Shown: positions 25,134 to 37,702 of the stretch, one piece after another
Numbering within the stretch: position 1 is the stretch's first letter
Layout of the letters: each line of letters starts with the position of its first letter
Assembly (NCBI GenBank): GCA_000320545.1
Contig: ADNK01002752.1
Span: forward strand, 1 to 39,470
DNA from: Bigelowiella natans CCMP2755
Taxonomy: Eukaryota > Protista > Cercozoa
DNA: 39,470 nucleotides
Direction of reading: 5' to 3'
Program-made: the position numbers and the translations under genes
Notes under the pieces: generated by a model
Seen by the model: only the letters and a program-made list of their open reading frames with translations
Told to the model about the DNA's origin: nothing
Database searches by the model: none

Positions 25134-26497
25134 GACCTTTTTGAATTTCCATTGCTAATTCTCAAGATTTCCCCAAGCGAAGCTCAACGAAATCCACGGA
25201 GCTTGGCAAGACAAGAAGAACCGAGTAATGAAGAGGGGGGGGGGGGGGGGGAGAGGTTTGGTCACTGGGCTGTTTTTAGTTCCTCAATAACAAAAAAATG
25301 AATGTAAATGCCACAGCAAGCGAGTCGCTCGCGTTTCACAAAAATTGAATACTGTTATAGCCTTGAACATGCACCAGCAGCAACGACGCAGTTTCGTACA
25401 ATCCATAGCATTAGACGCGCATTGTATGCATCGACATCGACGACAGGTTTTGATGATGGATGAGGAGCTCCGCCCTGACCTGCTACAATGGATGGGCCGT
25501 TGGGAAAGGCACGCTGATCTCTGCATCGCCATGGTAATGGAATAGCTCGATCGGCCTCAGGAAGGAGAGCTATTCAATGCTTCAGGCATGGTTATGTATA
25601 TTTCACAAATAAAGACTGCCATCACCCTTCTCCTTGGCACCATTAGGGCACCTCCCTGTGCGGAATGACAGCGGATTGCGTTGCAGAAGCATGCGCTCGG
25701 AGAGGCCAATTGGTAAGGCGCGCACCGCGTAATAGATTCGAGCATTGCCGTTGTTACCGGCACCAACTCAATCTTCATCCTCCTCCGTATCATCATTGTC
25801 GTCATCATCATACGCAAAGCCTAGCACATACTTGCACGTTGAGTTGTTTGGCCTCTCACAGACAGGATGCTGGCGTGCGTGCGCGCGTGCGCGTGTGTGT
25901 TTGGATCTCAGGTGATCATAAATCTGCAGAAGACGGCGATGGACTCTCAGGCCAGCTTGCGTAAGTATATCGTCCCTCCCGCACTCGAAAAGCCCCACGC
26001 ACAGTCGTCCGTTGCAACGATTTGCCGTACAGATTGACGCATTCCGAACCTAAAACATCGCTCCAAGGCCGCCTTCCTCTCATGAACTTCGGTGCAACAA
26101 CACACGCTCTATAACTAGGACTTTGGGGCCTGCTTGATGATGTGCTAGCGGAGCTCGCAAAGGCGTTGAAACTTAAGGTTCCGAACAAACGATGCGTCGC
26201 AAAAGGTGCTTCTTTACTCTTCCACTGCGTTGTCCATGCACACGGTTGCAGCATTTGTTGTATTGCCATGTCCTTCGGTAGTTGCGTTTATCATCACCAT
26301 CATCACTATCATCACCATCATCACCCCCACCACCAGTATCATCATCATTATCATCATCACCTCGATCGTATCACCGAATCTCCTCCGCCGCTCTCATTCC
26401 TCCGTTCACAAAACAAAATGAAGGGAAACAATGGGAGCGGGACCACCCCAAGCTCTACTACAGTACGCCAAAGCGCAAAGAAACCGATCCAATGTAG
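23608..26497 (+). CDS. Class IV (SIRT6/7-like) NAD-dependent sirtuin lacking the tetra-Cys zinc module
   Basis: Spliced exons: EYMDARETLKAK / VQILAEMIKSSERCCVYTGAGISTASGIGDYASK / LRPTYSHH / LQQNHDRLSQKAG / FPQAKLNEIHGAWQDKKNR / VLMMDEELRPDL..ADLCIAM / GTSLCG / VIINLQKTAMDSQASLR / LWGLLDDVL; ends TPKRKETDPM*. Confidence 0.88.
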
Positions 26498-27330
26498 GAT
26501 ATAATAGACACAGCAATACACTATGGATGCATATATGTATGTGCAAGTCTGCGCTTGTCTAATGCTGTATAGCATTTGGTGAGGCTCATATTATTTTTAT
26601 GGGTAAGGTCGTGAATCGCTTAGATTTTATCTTCGATTTATGAGATGGATGTAATGAAATGTTTAAATTTTTTCAATGGTCATCCTAATGTAGCTGTGCA
26701 ATGCAGCGGCTACAGCGCTTAAATTGTATCTGTTTGTTTCCTTATTAAATGATCTAATGATTCTTATGAACAAATAAACCGAAATGTCTTCGTCTTTCGT
26801 CATTGCGCGCATGTCGCAGTCTAGCTTAGCTAGCGGTGCATGCGCTGACAGACAACTATCTAGCTAGCTAGATTGTGCGATGCGCGCAGAGCACATTATT
26901 TAAGTATCTACACTCTAGCATGCAGCAATGAGCGTGCGCATGTATATGCATTAAAGTGCATAACGATATTACACGTGTATGGTCATTTTCCAACGTCTGC
27001 TATGTCTAGATGTGTACATATCGTTAATGAATCTAAGCCATGTTGATACAGCAATATGTTGCGCACATCCGCCACGCTAATAATAAAACGCGCACACATG
27101 CGTTTTTAGATTACTTACCTACATCGCGCTGTTATTCGCAACGCCCGTGCTAGCAGCGAATGCATGTGCACGACTATCATATGATGTTGCAAGCCGTACA
27201 CTATTACAGATGAGTTGAGAGGATCAGCAGATGTTGTAGGGGAGAGAATGTGAGTGTGAACGATTCAAATGGCATGCATAGTTTGCACAACTACGTGTGT
27301 ATGCAGAGCTCTAATTATGGTAGATTCCAT

Positions 27331-28944
27331 CTACTTTTTGTTACACGTACATCCACGGAATATGAGCTTGCGCAGCATCCCCATCGTCTGTTCTTTACAG
27401 AGCTCATGAGCGAGCTTGGATGATTCTACCCCGGCATTTTCCTCAGCCTTGCTGCTGCCGCCGGCACCGCCAAATTTCGCCCCTCTATCAAACATGCGCG
27501 GGTCCATTGAGGCCGAACTGTTTAACTTCGATGAGCACTTCCCAATTCTCTTCACCACTTTGCCTCCGTACTCCTGAGATGCATAGCGTTGATAAGTTTG
27601 CGAGTCTCAAAAGGGAATTAGAAACACCGATAATGCCGGCTTGTGTGCGGCGCTCTCGCCTACCGCATTTTCTCAAGGAAGTGAGAGCGTCTACTACTTA
27701 CTACCACCACTACTCCCGGGTACCTCATCGTCTATCTGTGAATCGGAGAGGATGCGAATCCACAGCGAGTCTTTCGAGAAGAGTTCCATCGTGCTCCGCG
27801 CAATACTACTCATGAAGAAGGTCGTCTCCAGCATGTAGTATCTTTTGAAGATGGAGGGATTCGAGCAAAAGGGAGGAGGAGGAGGAGAAGGAGGAGAAGA
27901 AGAAAGGAATCATTCAAGGATGTCACATTTAGAAAATCCATCTGAGAGCGACGGCACATCGATAAGGGATTAATGCATACTTTTCTGGATACGTCCCCCA
28001 GTTTTTATCTTTGTTTTCCCTCAGCGACTCGCCGTCAGGGGCCATATCGGCGGGAGGCGTATATCCCATAGGATAAGCACGGAAAGCAGCCATTTCGAGC
28101 TTGCTCTTGGCCACGCACCGCAAAGGGTCTATAACGACACCCTGGGAATGCAAACGCGCGTGTTAGCTAGCATGTTCGGGTACGTGCGTGTGAGAGCGCA
28201 TAGTATCACAAATCATCAGAAGTATGAATTTAGAAAGAGGGTACCGTCCAGTGAGGGACCGCCAGTTGGTTGTTCGATTGTGTGTCTAAATATTGAAGGG
28301 GAGGAGGAGGAGGAGAAGGAGGAAAAGCATAATAGCCCTCAGCTATAGGCCCATGAAGGGGAGAGGGAAAATGAAACGCGATATCTTCATCTTCTTTTCT
28401 GGAAGAAGGGGCACTTACTAACGTCGATTGCAGACATGAAGCAGTTGTTGTAGACCCCAACTTCGAACGGGTGCGAATGATACCACCCGATAATCCTCTC
28501 CTTCTGCCCCCTCTTCTCCAACTGCTCGCTCAGCTCCAGCATATACCGCGTCGCCTTCTCTCCTATATTCACATCCCATTCGGACTCGAATCCATCGCAA
28601 GGAAGGGGCAATGCGTCCAGGATGATGATGGAGTCTTCCTGCGGCCTCCCTACCATTAATCCCATGACCTCTAGTGGAAGGCCTGAACCATGGTCGCAAT
28701 CAGGTCAGATTAAGCATGAATCGCTACGAGAACCACTATTCACAAACTTACCCTTTCCTTTATCTCTGGCACGGCCTTTCTCTACTCCTCGAAGCGTATG
28801 TTTCAACATCCGCATCGCAGCGAGGGCGGAGATCTTGCATTTTGAATAGCTCCTTGGATCCTTCTTCCACGGCTTTTCTTCCTCCAGCTGATCGATCTTC
28901 TTCTGGTCATGAGCGTAAAATTTGGAATCCAGTTCCTTGTCCAT
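27331..28944 (-). CDS. CSN5: COP9 signalosome subunit 5-like JAMM/MPN+ metalloprotease (divergent)
   Basis: KPWKKDP..CKISALAAMRMLKH, GLPLEVMGL, DALPLP, IIGWYHSHP...SAIDV (JAMM HxH-S-xD), VVIDPLR..AFRAYP.GYTP, YYMLETTFFMSS; GT-AG introns. Confidence 0.9.
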
Positions 28945-30708
28945 GTTTCCTCAACGTCCCAGGTCGTCTAACCTTTGACAATGGTGACAGAATGTTGTTG
29001 GCTCGTGATGAGGGGTGTTGGAAATCCTGTCATCCAGAAACATTTTTCTAATCAATCAACAATAGATTCTACCAACTCGGTGATGCCGTCGAATTCGATC
29101 AGTGGAGATGGGCTGGCAGGGAAGGGGGGTGAGCGCAATCTTGCTTCTTCCGGACAATGCTGTCGCTTGACCTCGCGAGTGATTTGCAGAAAACTGCCAA
29201 AATCGAGGCGATTTTGCCATTTTTCAGGAGGTTTCATCCCAATTGTCAAACAATGGCGTCGGGCAGAAAAATGGGGAGGAGCGAAAGGAGGATCACATCA
29301 GCAGGGTGTTGACATGAACAACTTTGCAATGGTTTTTGTCAGCAGGCGCCGCTACATGCAAATGCTTGTTTCCCACATGGTTCTTGCGCGTGCAATTTTT
29401 GCATCAATGCGCAGGTCAGTGTTCAATGTTCAATGTTCTTGCAATCCAGCAATGCATTGGCATTCAAGTCACAAAGTCACAAAGTGAGCGTGTTTCAACC
29501 AATTGATCACCACCCGAAGGACAGAAAGGGTTTTACCCTCTTTGCTTTAGTTTGCTTCAGCTCACCGGACAGCATGTCGACGCTCGGTGTGTTGAAGGCA
29601 ATGACTTGGCCTGCACAGTGCAAGTCAAGCTAGCCTGGTGGCGAGCTTTGCCAACCTGCCCACTGTGCTTTGTCCAGGCCGAGAGACCACTGACGAAGTT
29701 TGCTCGTGGATCTAACTGCCGCGAACCTGGTGTCCTGGCTGATCTGTGACTTGCGCGTCATGCTAGCATGTTCCGTGTGCTCACTCACAATCATCAATCC
29801 GAATGAACAGGTCGATGGTTTTCAATGACTTCTTGTTTCTCCGTGCTGTGGTGGACGACAACAAGCAAGATAGCTGCGTGCGCAAGCGCCACAAGCGCAT
29901 GCAGCTACATCATCTGCAATCACAGTTGTCGTTGGAATGGCGTTCTGAACGCTTTCGTGACAACGCAATTGTTGAGACAATCTGACAATGACACTGTCAG
30001 GCCAACAATGACTAGATGAGCGTCTAGAGCGTGTGTGGCGAATGACTGAAATTTATGGCGTCCACTGTGACCTGGTCTTGAGGTCTAGCCATTCTAGATC
30101 ATCTAGGGGAGATGACTAAGTGAGGGAGTTTCGCCAGCTAGCCAGTTTGTTCGAGTGCATGTGGTTGGTGGTGTGATGCATGGCGCTCTAGCTAGCTAGC
30201 GCCGAGTTATAGCGAGCAGCCACGCAGCTCAACTAGTCAACATTGTCATTTCCTAATTTCAAATCCACATGTTGCCAAACTGCAGATGCTTGCGTCATTA
30301 TTCTGTCTAGTCTGTGCGTGTGAATGCATGATGTACATGCGTGATGCAGAATGCACCACCACCATGAACTAGCTGGTAGTGCAGGCATAACATCCCGATT
30401 GTTCAAAGACTAAGCAACACACACTAGCACAAGTCCAAATGTAGTGTGGGTGAGACGAGCGAGAGCGATGCAGCCACCATCACTCAACACATGGAGTGTA
30501 CCATGCTGGAATGTCACAAATCGCAAATGTGCATGCACATCTACATAATTGCGTGTAACATGCTAGCATGCACATGAGTAAATTTGCACAGCAACAACAC
30601 ATGGGCCTTTATTCAAATTATTTCAATGAAGTTGAGTAATTTCAGTGTGCAATATTTCGATGCATATGATCGAATATCGATTACATGGCCAGCATTGTTG
30701 TAGTTGTT

Positions 30709-30969
30709 TCAAGCTGTGAGAACCTTTGTGGCAACACCAACTAGCAGTGTGATGCTAGAAGCCAGTCCCATACCATGCGCAACTCCGCGGACAATACCGA
30801 GCGGATTTACTCCCCAGCCAAGGATAAATGAGTGTGCATATCTAGCTCCTACAAATATGTAGAATGGCCAAGTAGACGTCCCGCCGAGTATCCCCTGTTA
30901 TTATTTAGAGCGATAATGATTCCCTCTCTTCCTTCCACCAAGTTTTTTCATCCCCCTCCCCCCCCCCCC

Positions 30970-31012
<43 letters not shown>

Positions 31013-31580
31013 TCCCTCCCTCCCTTCATTTTCCCTCCCTGTGTGTCTCTTCGTATAAATACACACATATGAAAATTAAAAAATCAATTATTCTGAGTAC
31101 GTATGTTTATATTTTGTACGTAAAGTGCGCCAATTATATAGAACTGGATGAAGTTCTCAAAGTCATTCTGGAGGACTTGGTAACCTCTTTTTACCTATTC
31201 AAGATAACAAGAAAACATGAAGATATTTGGGGGAGAAAGAGAGGAGGGAGATAAAGATAAGCGGAAACATGTATAACACAGCTTACATCTGGATGTTCAC
31301 AGCCGAATCCAGAAATAGGTGTTGCTGAATCCTTGAAGAGAACCTTGTCTTCTGGAATCGTCAGCGTTTTATTTCGAATCTAATGCGCGTACATTACAAA
31401 TAAATACACAGTAAAATAATATTGGCAAAAGGTACACGAAAAGGAACAACGAACCCGTACCTTTAATGAGGCGACCCAGATGTTCGTCAGATGACTCTTC
31501 ACATTAAGAAGACATGAGGCAGCACAATAGGCCTTGAACACGGGGTTTGCGAGAGAGATAAATTCGAAAACAGTCGCCAT
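30709..31580 (-). CDS. MAPEG-family membrane protein (microsomal glutathione S-transferase 1 / PGES-like), 4 exons
   Basis: MATVFEFISLANPVFKAYCAASCLLNVK / TIPED..EHPD / VKRGYQVLQNDFENFIQFYIIGALY / WPFYIFVGARYAHSF..VRG..KVLTA*; matches the MGST1 PED, ND.EN and F...R..H motifs. Confidence 0.85.
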
Positions 31581-32096
31581 GTTGTGGATTGAGGACACTG
31601 AGAATGTCATCATTGGTGAGTTCATTGATGCTTTCGACGCACCGTAACATCCCTACTGAAATTAATAAGCAATGACAACATGCAATCCCAACATTCTCCT
31701 TCAGGATGATGTTCTAGGGCAGCCTCATTCACAAATTCACCACAGTTGGGGTCGCCTTGCCTCTTACGGAAAGTTGGGTTCCGGGCATTTTCGCATAAAT
31801 TCCATGCAAAAATTACGTGCGACTTCGGAGTTCTTTTATCTCAAGAGCGCGTCAACCACGGACAAGATTCATCTCCTAACTTTCTTCTCGTTGCCGTATT
31901 TTACGCGAGTACGCTCTGCTTGTGGAAGAATGAGGCCAGTACTTTGCGGACGACATCATACGGAAATTGTCTCAGGAAAGAAATCCTGTGAAAACGAAGG
32001 AAACCCCCTACGCCCTGCGAATGCCTGTGGCGACAAGATACAAGGCTAAGTTTAGGCAGAAATTGCAAGGACAAGTCCCCGCAGAAGCAGAAACCC

Positions 32097-32105
32097 TTTC
32101 CCGCC
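32097..32105 (+). promoter_or_regulatory. Canonical E2F site tttcccgcc upstream of TEN1
   Basis: Exact TTTCCCGC about 70 nt upstream of the ATG of a replication/telomere gene. Confidence 0.45.
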
Positions 32106-32167
32106 CCGGCAGAGCTTGCCCTTCCCTCCCTCCCACGGGCACTAAGGCCATTGCCGGCTTCAATACC

Positions 32168-32620
32168 ATGCAGTCAAACATCCCCTCAGGTAATGGTACT
32201 TTGGCAAGCGGGCGAAGGGAACGCTAAGCTTTTATAATCACAGGAAAAATCGCATTTGTCGATGAGATTCTTGCGACTAAGTCGAATGGAAGTTTCCGAG
32301 TTACGGGCCACCTGGCGTCGTTTGACGCCTCAAAGTACGACCCACTTTTATTTGTCATTTTATTTTGAAGCTTACTTGAGTTGAATAGGGACGTTGCTAC
32401 AATAACAAGCACCGAAAGCAAAGGAAAGCTGCAGATTCGAACGAACTTACTGGAAGATTTTCCATTCAAGATAGGAGCTCTTTTCCAGTTCATAGGCGAA
32501 TTCAACGCCAAGGAGAAGTTTTTGCGTGCTAGAGTCGCAAGGAACGTAGATGGCATGGACACCAAGCTTTACGCTGAGGCCATAAAGCTGTGTAGGAAAC
32601 ATGGCAGACTTCCAATGTAG
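32168..32620 (+). CDS. TEN1: CST complex subunit TEN1 (OB fold), 3 exons
   Basis: MQSNIPSG/KIAFVDEI..SFRVTGHLASFDASK/DVATI..LQIRTNLLEDFPFKIGALFQFIGEF..LRARVARNVDGMDTKLY resembles the plant TEN1 pattern (RVT.L, F.+G.+.QFIGE, AR..RNVDG.D..LY). Confidence 0.85.
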
Positions 32621-33364
32621 TGCGGATCGGCTCAGCTAAGCTAGTAAGTAGTAGCGTGACTTTACTCTCACCGAATCTGCCAGTTAGAACAGACCGTGGT
32701 ATAGACCTCCAGACTGTTTTTATTAGAAAGTCGAGGTGTAGCACATCGTATTGGGAGGATGGCATTTATGAATAGTTAGAATGAAGGCAGCTTGCAGCAT
32801 TGAAGTTGTTCGTTATCACAAGAGGCACTTTGTAGATGTGCACGGCAAGCGCGGTGCACTGCAACGATCAGCATTTGGAAGAATGTGATATTCTTTATTT
32901 ACATTATCTTGCTGATTCTGCGATGATCCTAGCTATAAAGCGCAAGCTAGCAAGAGAGCCTAAGCTAGCTAAGGCGCATGTAACTACTGGCACAGCACCT
33001 CTTAGCTTAGTCTTTGGTGTGTGTAGATCATGCAGCTACTTCGACAATTCGTGCCCTGCATACCTATGGGTTGTAACACATAATGATGCTAGGATGTATT
33101 TGAACTTTCTAGCTTTCTAGCTTTGCACAAAACAAAGCAATAAGTACACGAGCCTCGCGCATGCGATCGATGTCTGCAACATGGATTTATCGTCTTTATA
33201 GATTATTAGTTGCACTCGGCGCCTTTATGCTTGTGCACATCTAGACAAATTATGCTCATTCTTTATCTTTCAGTATTTCTTTAAAGTTATAACATGCTCT
33301 CAATGCGCTGCAGTTGTGCTTTAATGGCAGACACTATATCTCTGATACATATGCTGTCAAACAT

Positions 33365-33585
33365 CTAGGTATGTTTCCCTCTCACGGACATCAAAGCTTC
33401 AAGCACTCGTCTTCCGTACGAGCTTCGAATTTTATCCTTCCTCGGCTGAACCACCGTCCACAACTGATCGTTGAGTCCTCCAGGTATAAGGCTAGAGGGG
33501 CAGCTTAACACCTGATAGTGTATAAATGTTACGCTATTATTTCCTTTTGAAAAAAAAATGATTTCACAGAAAGTGTATTGAACAT

Positions 33586-33629
<44 letters not shown>

Positions 33630-34231
33630 CGCGAATTTGTGGTGTTCCGACTATGCGCCGAAGATTTCTCGAGCCGTAGTAATCTGATAGAATCCCTCCA
33701 TAGCACTTCTCCGCATTCTCGGTCTCACCCTCATCAGCCCTCTTGCAACCCTGAGGAAAAAGTCACACCTCTCTTAGCCTGACAATTGATATGTTCTTCC
33801 ACATTCTGCCGCGTACCTGATCAACAAGGGCAACGATGGCAGCTGTTAAGTCGCGATGTCGCGGTTGCCTCATACTGCTCGATAGGCTCTTCTGAATAAC
33901 CCCAGCAGCATCTTTTGTAGGAGTGTGCGCTGCTACTGCTGCTGCTGCTGCTGCTGCTCCTTCGTCCTCACATTCTGGTTGAACACCGTGGTGGCCATCC
34001 TGCCGAGGCTGCTGCTGCGCTCTTTCCGAGCACGGCTTTGTAGAATTGCTCCCTCCCCCTCCCCTACGCAGCACCTCAAACAGTAGGTTTCGCGCATCGG
34101 TACCCGAGCAGATCAGGGAGCGCAGGTTATCTAAAACCATGTTGTATTATGAATGTATATATATATATATATATATATATATCATATTTAATCAATAGAC
34201 GGGTCGAACGGTTGATTAAATACACACACAG

Positions 34232-34283
<52 letters not shown>

Positions 34284-34738
34284 AATATAGCTCTTGATGT
34301 GGATGCGTATTCACGCGCACGCTCACAATAAACGCAAAGTGCATCAACATCATAGCTCCTTGCATCGTGCAGGACACATCGGGTATCCGCCTTCTATCTG
34401 CGCGTACGCACGCGTGTAACAAGGCTCAGTTGGCTAATCGTTATCATCAAACAAATCATAAACATTAAATCAATCATAGCGGCAGCAGCACCGAGGCAGT
34501 AAGAAATGAGAGCAGCTTCAAGATCTCCTTTCGCTCCTGATGATCAAGAGAACATCATCAGATTAGAAAAATGCGAGGGTGATTACGAAAACCCAGTGCG
34601 ATGACGTCGCCCTGTTAAGGCGCATACTGAAATGACGACGAGGTAAGAAGCACTTTCACAAATGTGGATAATGACTGCGAGCAGGATGTTGGAAGATGAG
34701 CACGGAAAGAAGGAAAACAAATAAATTTCATGCATTAT

Positions 34739-34784
<46 letters not shown>

Positions 34785-35306
34785 AGTGTGTAATATTTCG
34801 AACGTAGACCTTTCATGAGGAATGCATCCCACGGGTCAGAGGTGGACATACACGCCTATAAATTGGAAGAGAGAGGGAGGGGGAGACGGGGAAGTATTCA
34901 GGGAACCACAGAACAGAAGAAAATGCATTATCGAATCTTGCTTTTCTCAATAATAGCACGAATGCCGCTTTCTTTCGCATCGTAGCTTTCCAAGCGCTAC
35001 CCGTCTTTCATCCGAGTCCGAATTGCCCATTGCGAACTTATCTGCCAACAAAACCAACAACTATGTCATCGCCTTGGCGAGGAGAAACATGAGGCCTTCC
35101 ATCGGCACAATTAGCAGAGAGCATGGTAGTAGTAGTAGTAGTAGTAGTAGGAGGAGGAGGAGGAGGAGGAGGAGGAGGAGTAGGAAGAGTAGAAGTAGCC
35201 AACCCGCCATGTCATCCACAGCATTCACAAGACCTTCCTCCTCCTTCTCTTCCTGACAGAGGTATCAACCAACAGTATGATCACTGCCTCCCTCTCTCTC
35301 CCTCTT

Positions 35307-35367
<61 letters not shown>

Positions 35368-35914
35368 GCAGCAGCCGCAATTACAAATGGTTGAGGAAGC
35401 ACAACCAGCGTGGGGGAGCAAGCCATCGGCATGCACCCACATCGCCGCAAAAAAAGTGCTAATTCAAACGGCAGTCTCTATTCATCTACAGCTCGCAGCA
35501 CATCTGACACTTCACACGCTATATGCACACTCTATACATAGTGAAGTCGCTCTTCGTGCCCTAGCTCGACGTTCCTAGCCGCCGCGGATCTGGCGTCCAT
35601 TTCCATGAAACTCGACGCAATGGGCTGCAGATAACTGTGGAAGGGGGAGGGGCACAACAGCAGTAGCAGGAAGGAATACTCGACGTTAGACCAAACGAAA
35701 TTGGTAGTTTAAGGACTGCACGGCAGACGGCCTCGTTTCTAATGCTTGCGCTTCCTGGTTGTGATGCTGCCTACTGCTAACGAACCCTACCGGTACTCCC
35801 GGCACATGTGCATATGGCTATTCGTTTGGCACTGACGTATCTACTTAAAAAAAACCACTGACCGAGTCGTGTTACCAGAGAGCAGCGTACACATGAACCT
35901 GCTCGGATTTTTGA

Positions 35915-35949
<35 letters not shown>

Positions 35950-36641
35950 TATTCATATGGTTGGTATCTCTTTCTCGTAGGAGCAGCTGCATACTATCGA
36001 AACTGCGACCGCATGTAGCCATGCCTTACCATGGCAAGCAAACATCGAGGCTACATCCACTCTTTGATGCTTCACAAACTACCTCTGCCCCGCGGCCGAG
36101 TCGAGGATCTCGTCCAGGCCCTTAATCTAGGCAGAGAGAATAACACAGCATTGCAACTTTAGAAACAACAGATAAATAATATAAGGAAAAAAGAAAGCAG
36201 AAGAAAACACCGCGCCCATCATCGATTCGTTCTGGCAAACTGAGCGCATACCATCTCAGGGAGCAAGGCCCTTCGCAGATGCCTCTCGTTGATCGAGCCA
36301 TGTTTTAACAAAGCCAGCAGCACCATCGAAGCGGCGTGGTGAGAGGCGACGCTCACAACCTAAGGAACGATGACAACAGTGATGTAATGACAGGCCTAGC
36401 TTTTGGTCCTCATCGTATCATTTTCCCAATCTTCGTCGTCATGGCGTCCATCAAAAGACAACTCTAGCAGCGGTACCTGGCCTCTAAGCTCCAGCGTCGC
36501 TTGTCTTAGCTTCACCGGGCTTGCTACCTGCGTATCCAATCGAGCGAGCTCCGCGTCAGACGAAGTCGCAGACGTTTGAAGAGTACTTATTTGACGTTGA
36601 TAACGTTGGGGCGTGAAAATACTCATAATTCGGAAAATCAA

Positions 36642-36680
<39 letters not shown>

Positions 36681-36884
36681 CGCGCGCGTGGTGATGATGC
36701 CTTTATCGCCTGTGTCGCAACAAGAGCGCCTTCGGTGCTGTGCATCATTTTGAGAAACTAACCGTCACAAACACACCGCTTATCAGGAATGGATGGGGAG
36801 AGGGTAGATCGAGACCCGTAGGGAGAATGAGAAGATGAAGAGAGAGAGAGAGAGAGAGAAGAGAGAGAGAAGAGTCAGAGAGAG

Positions 36885-36920
<36 letters not shown>

Positions 36921-37659
36921 AGAGAGAGAGAAGAGAGAGGGATAAGTCAAGCAAACTAATCCAATATTGATTTTCCAAACTGCTGCAAAGGAAGGGCTAG
37001 CTAGAGCAACAACCGCACCCAGCCTCTTATTGCATTTTGAACTGCACACATTTTACTTTTTACACAATCAACTCGCTGACCAAACAGTTTTTGGATATTG
37101 CCGCGCACAGCTCATTTAGCTCCTCCGGGGATGAAACCTTAGTTTGTTGTGTTCAGCTCATGATGTCGTTGGAAAGAGGCATCATAGCAGCCCCGGGATA
37201 TATTCCCACAGAATTTTATGGACGATAAATGGGTTGGGGAGAGCCTAGGGGGAAGGGGTGGGTAGGGGGGGGGGGGGGCAGGTAGAGACAGCACTGAGGA
37301 TGAGATAAGGAAGTGATTGAAGTTGAAGGGGTGTGAGGGTTCGGAATATCAAAGACTGCTTTCATGCCAACATCTCCTAAGACGGTGTGTCTATTCTCCT
37401 CCCCAACCTTTTCCCATATTTCCGTAAGCTTGAAGTACACACTACGACACATCCGGCCATATCTGGTGAAAAAGAAAGAATTTTGTCAAGCGTTTGCAAA
37501 AGGAGAAGGAGAAGGCGGCTATGATCAGTGATATTCATGAAAAGGAAGGATGCAGCTTTTTGCGTAATACATCCGGCGGAATCAAAGGGTGTGGGGGGGG
37601 GGGGGGGGGGAAGGAGCTGGGAGTAAGAAGGGAAAAAGCTGAGGGAAAGTGAGAGGAAT

Positions 37660-37702
<43 letters not shown>

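Noticed and set aside
28975-29487. 170-aa ORF on + strand
   Set aside because: Overlaps the CSN5 promoter and the TpA-depleted tract where stops are rare; no recognisable motif
31672-32227. ORFs or a telomerase-RNA-like gene next to TEN1
   Set aside because: No motif or telomeric template repeat seen; best explained as the divergent MAPEG/TEN1 promoter
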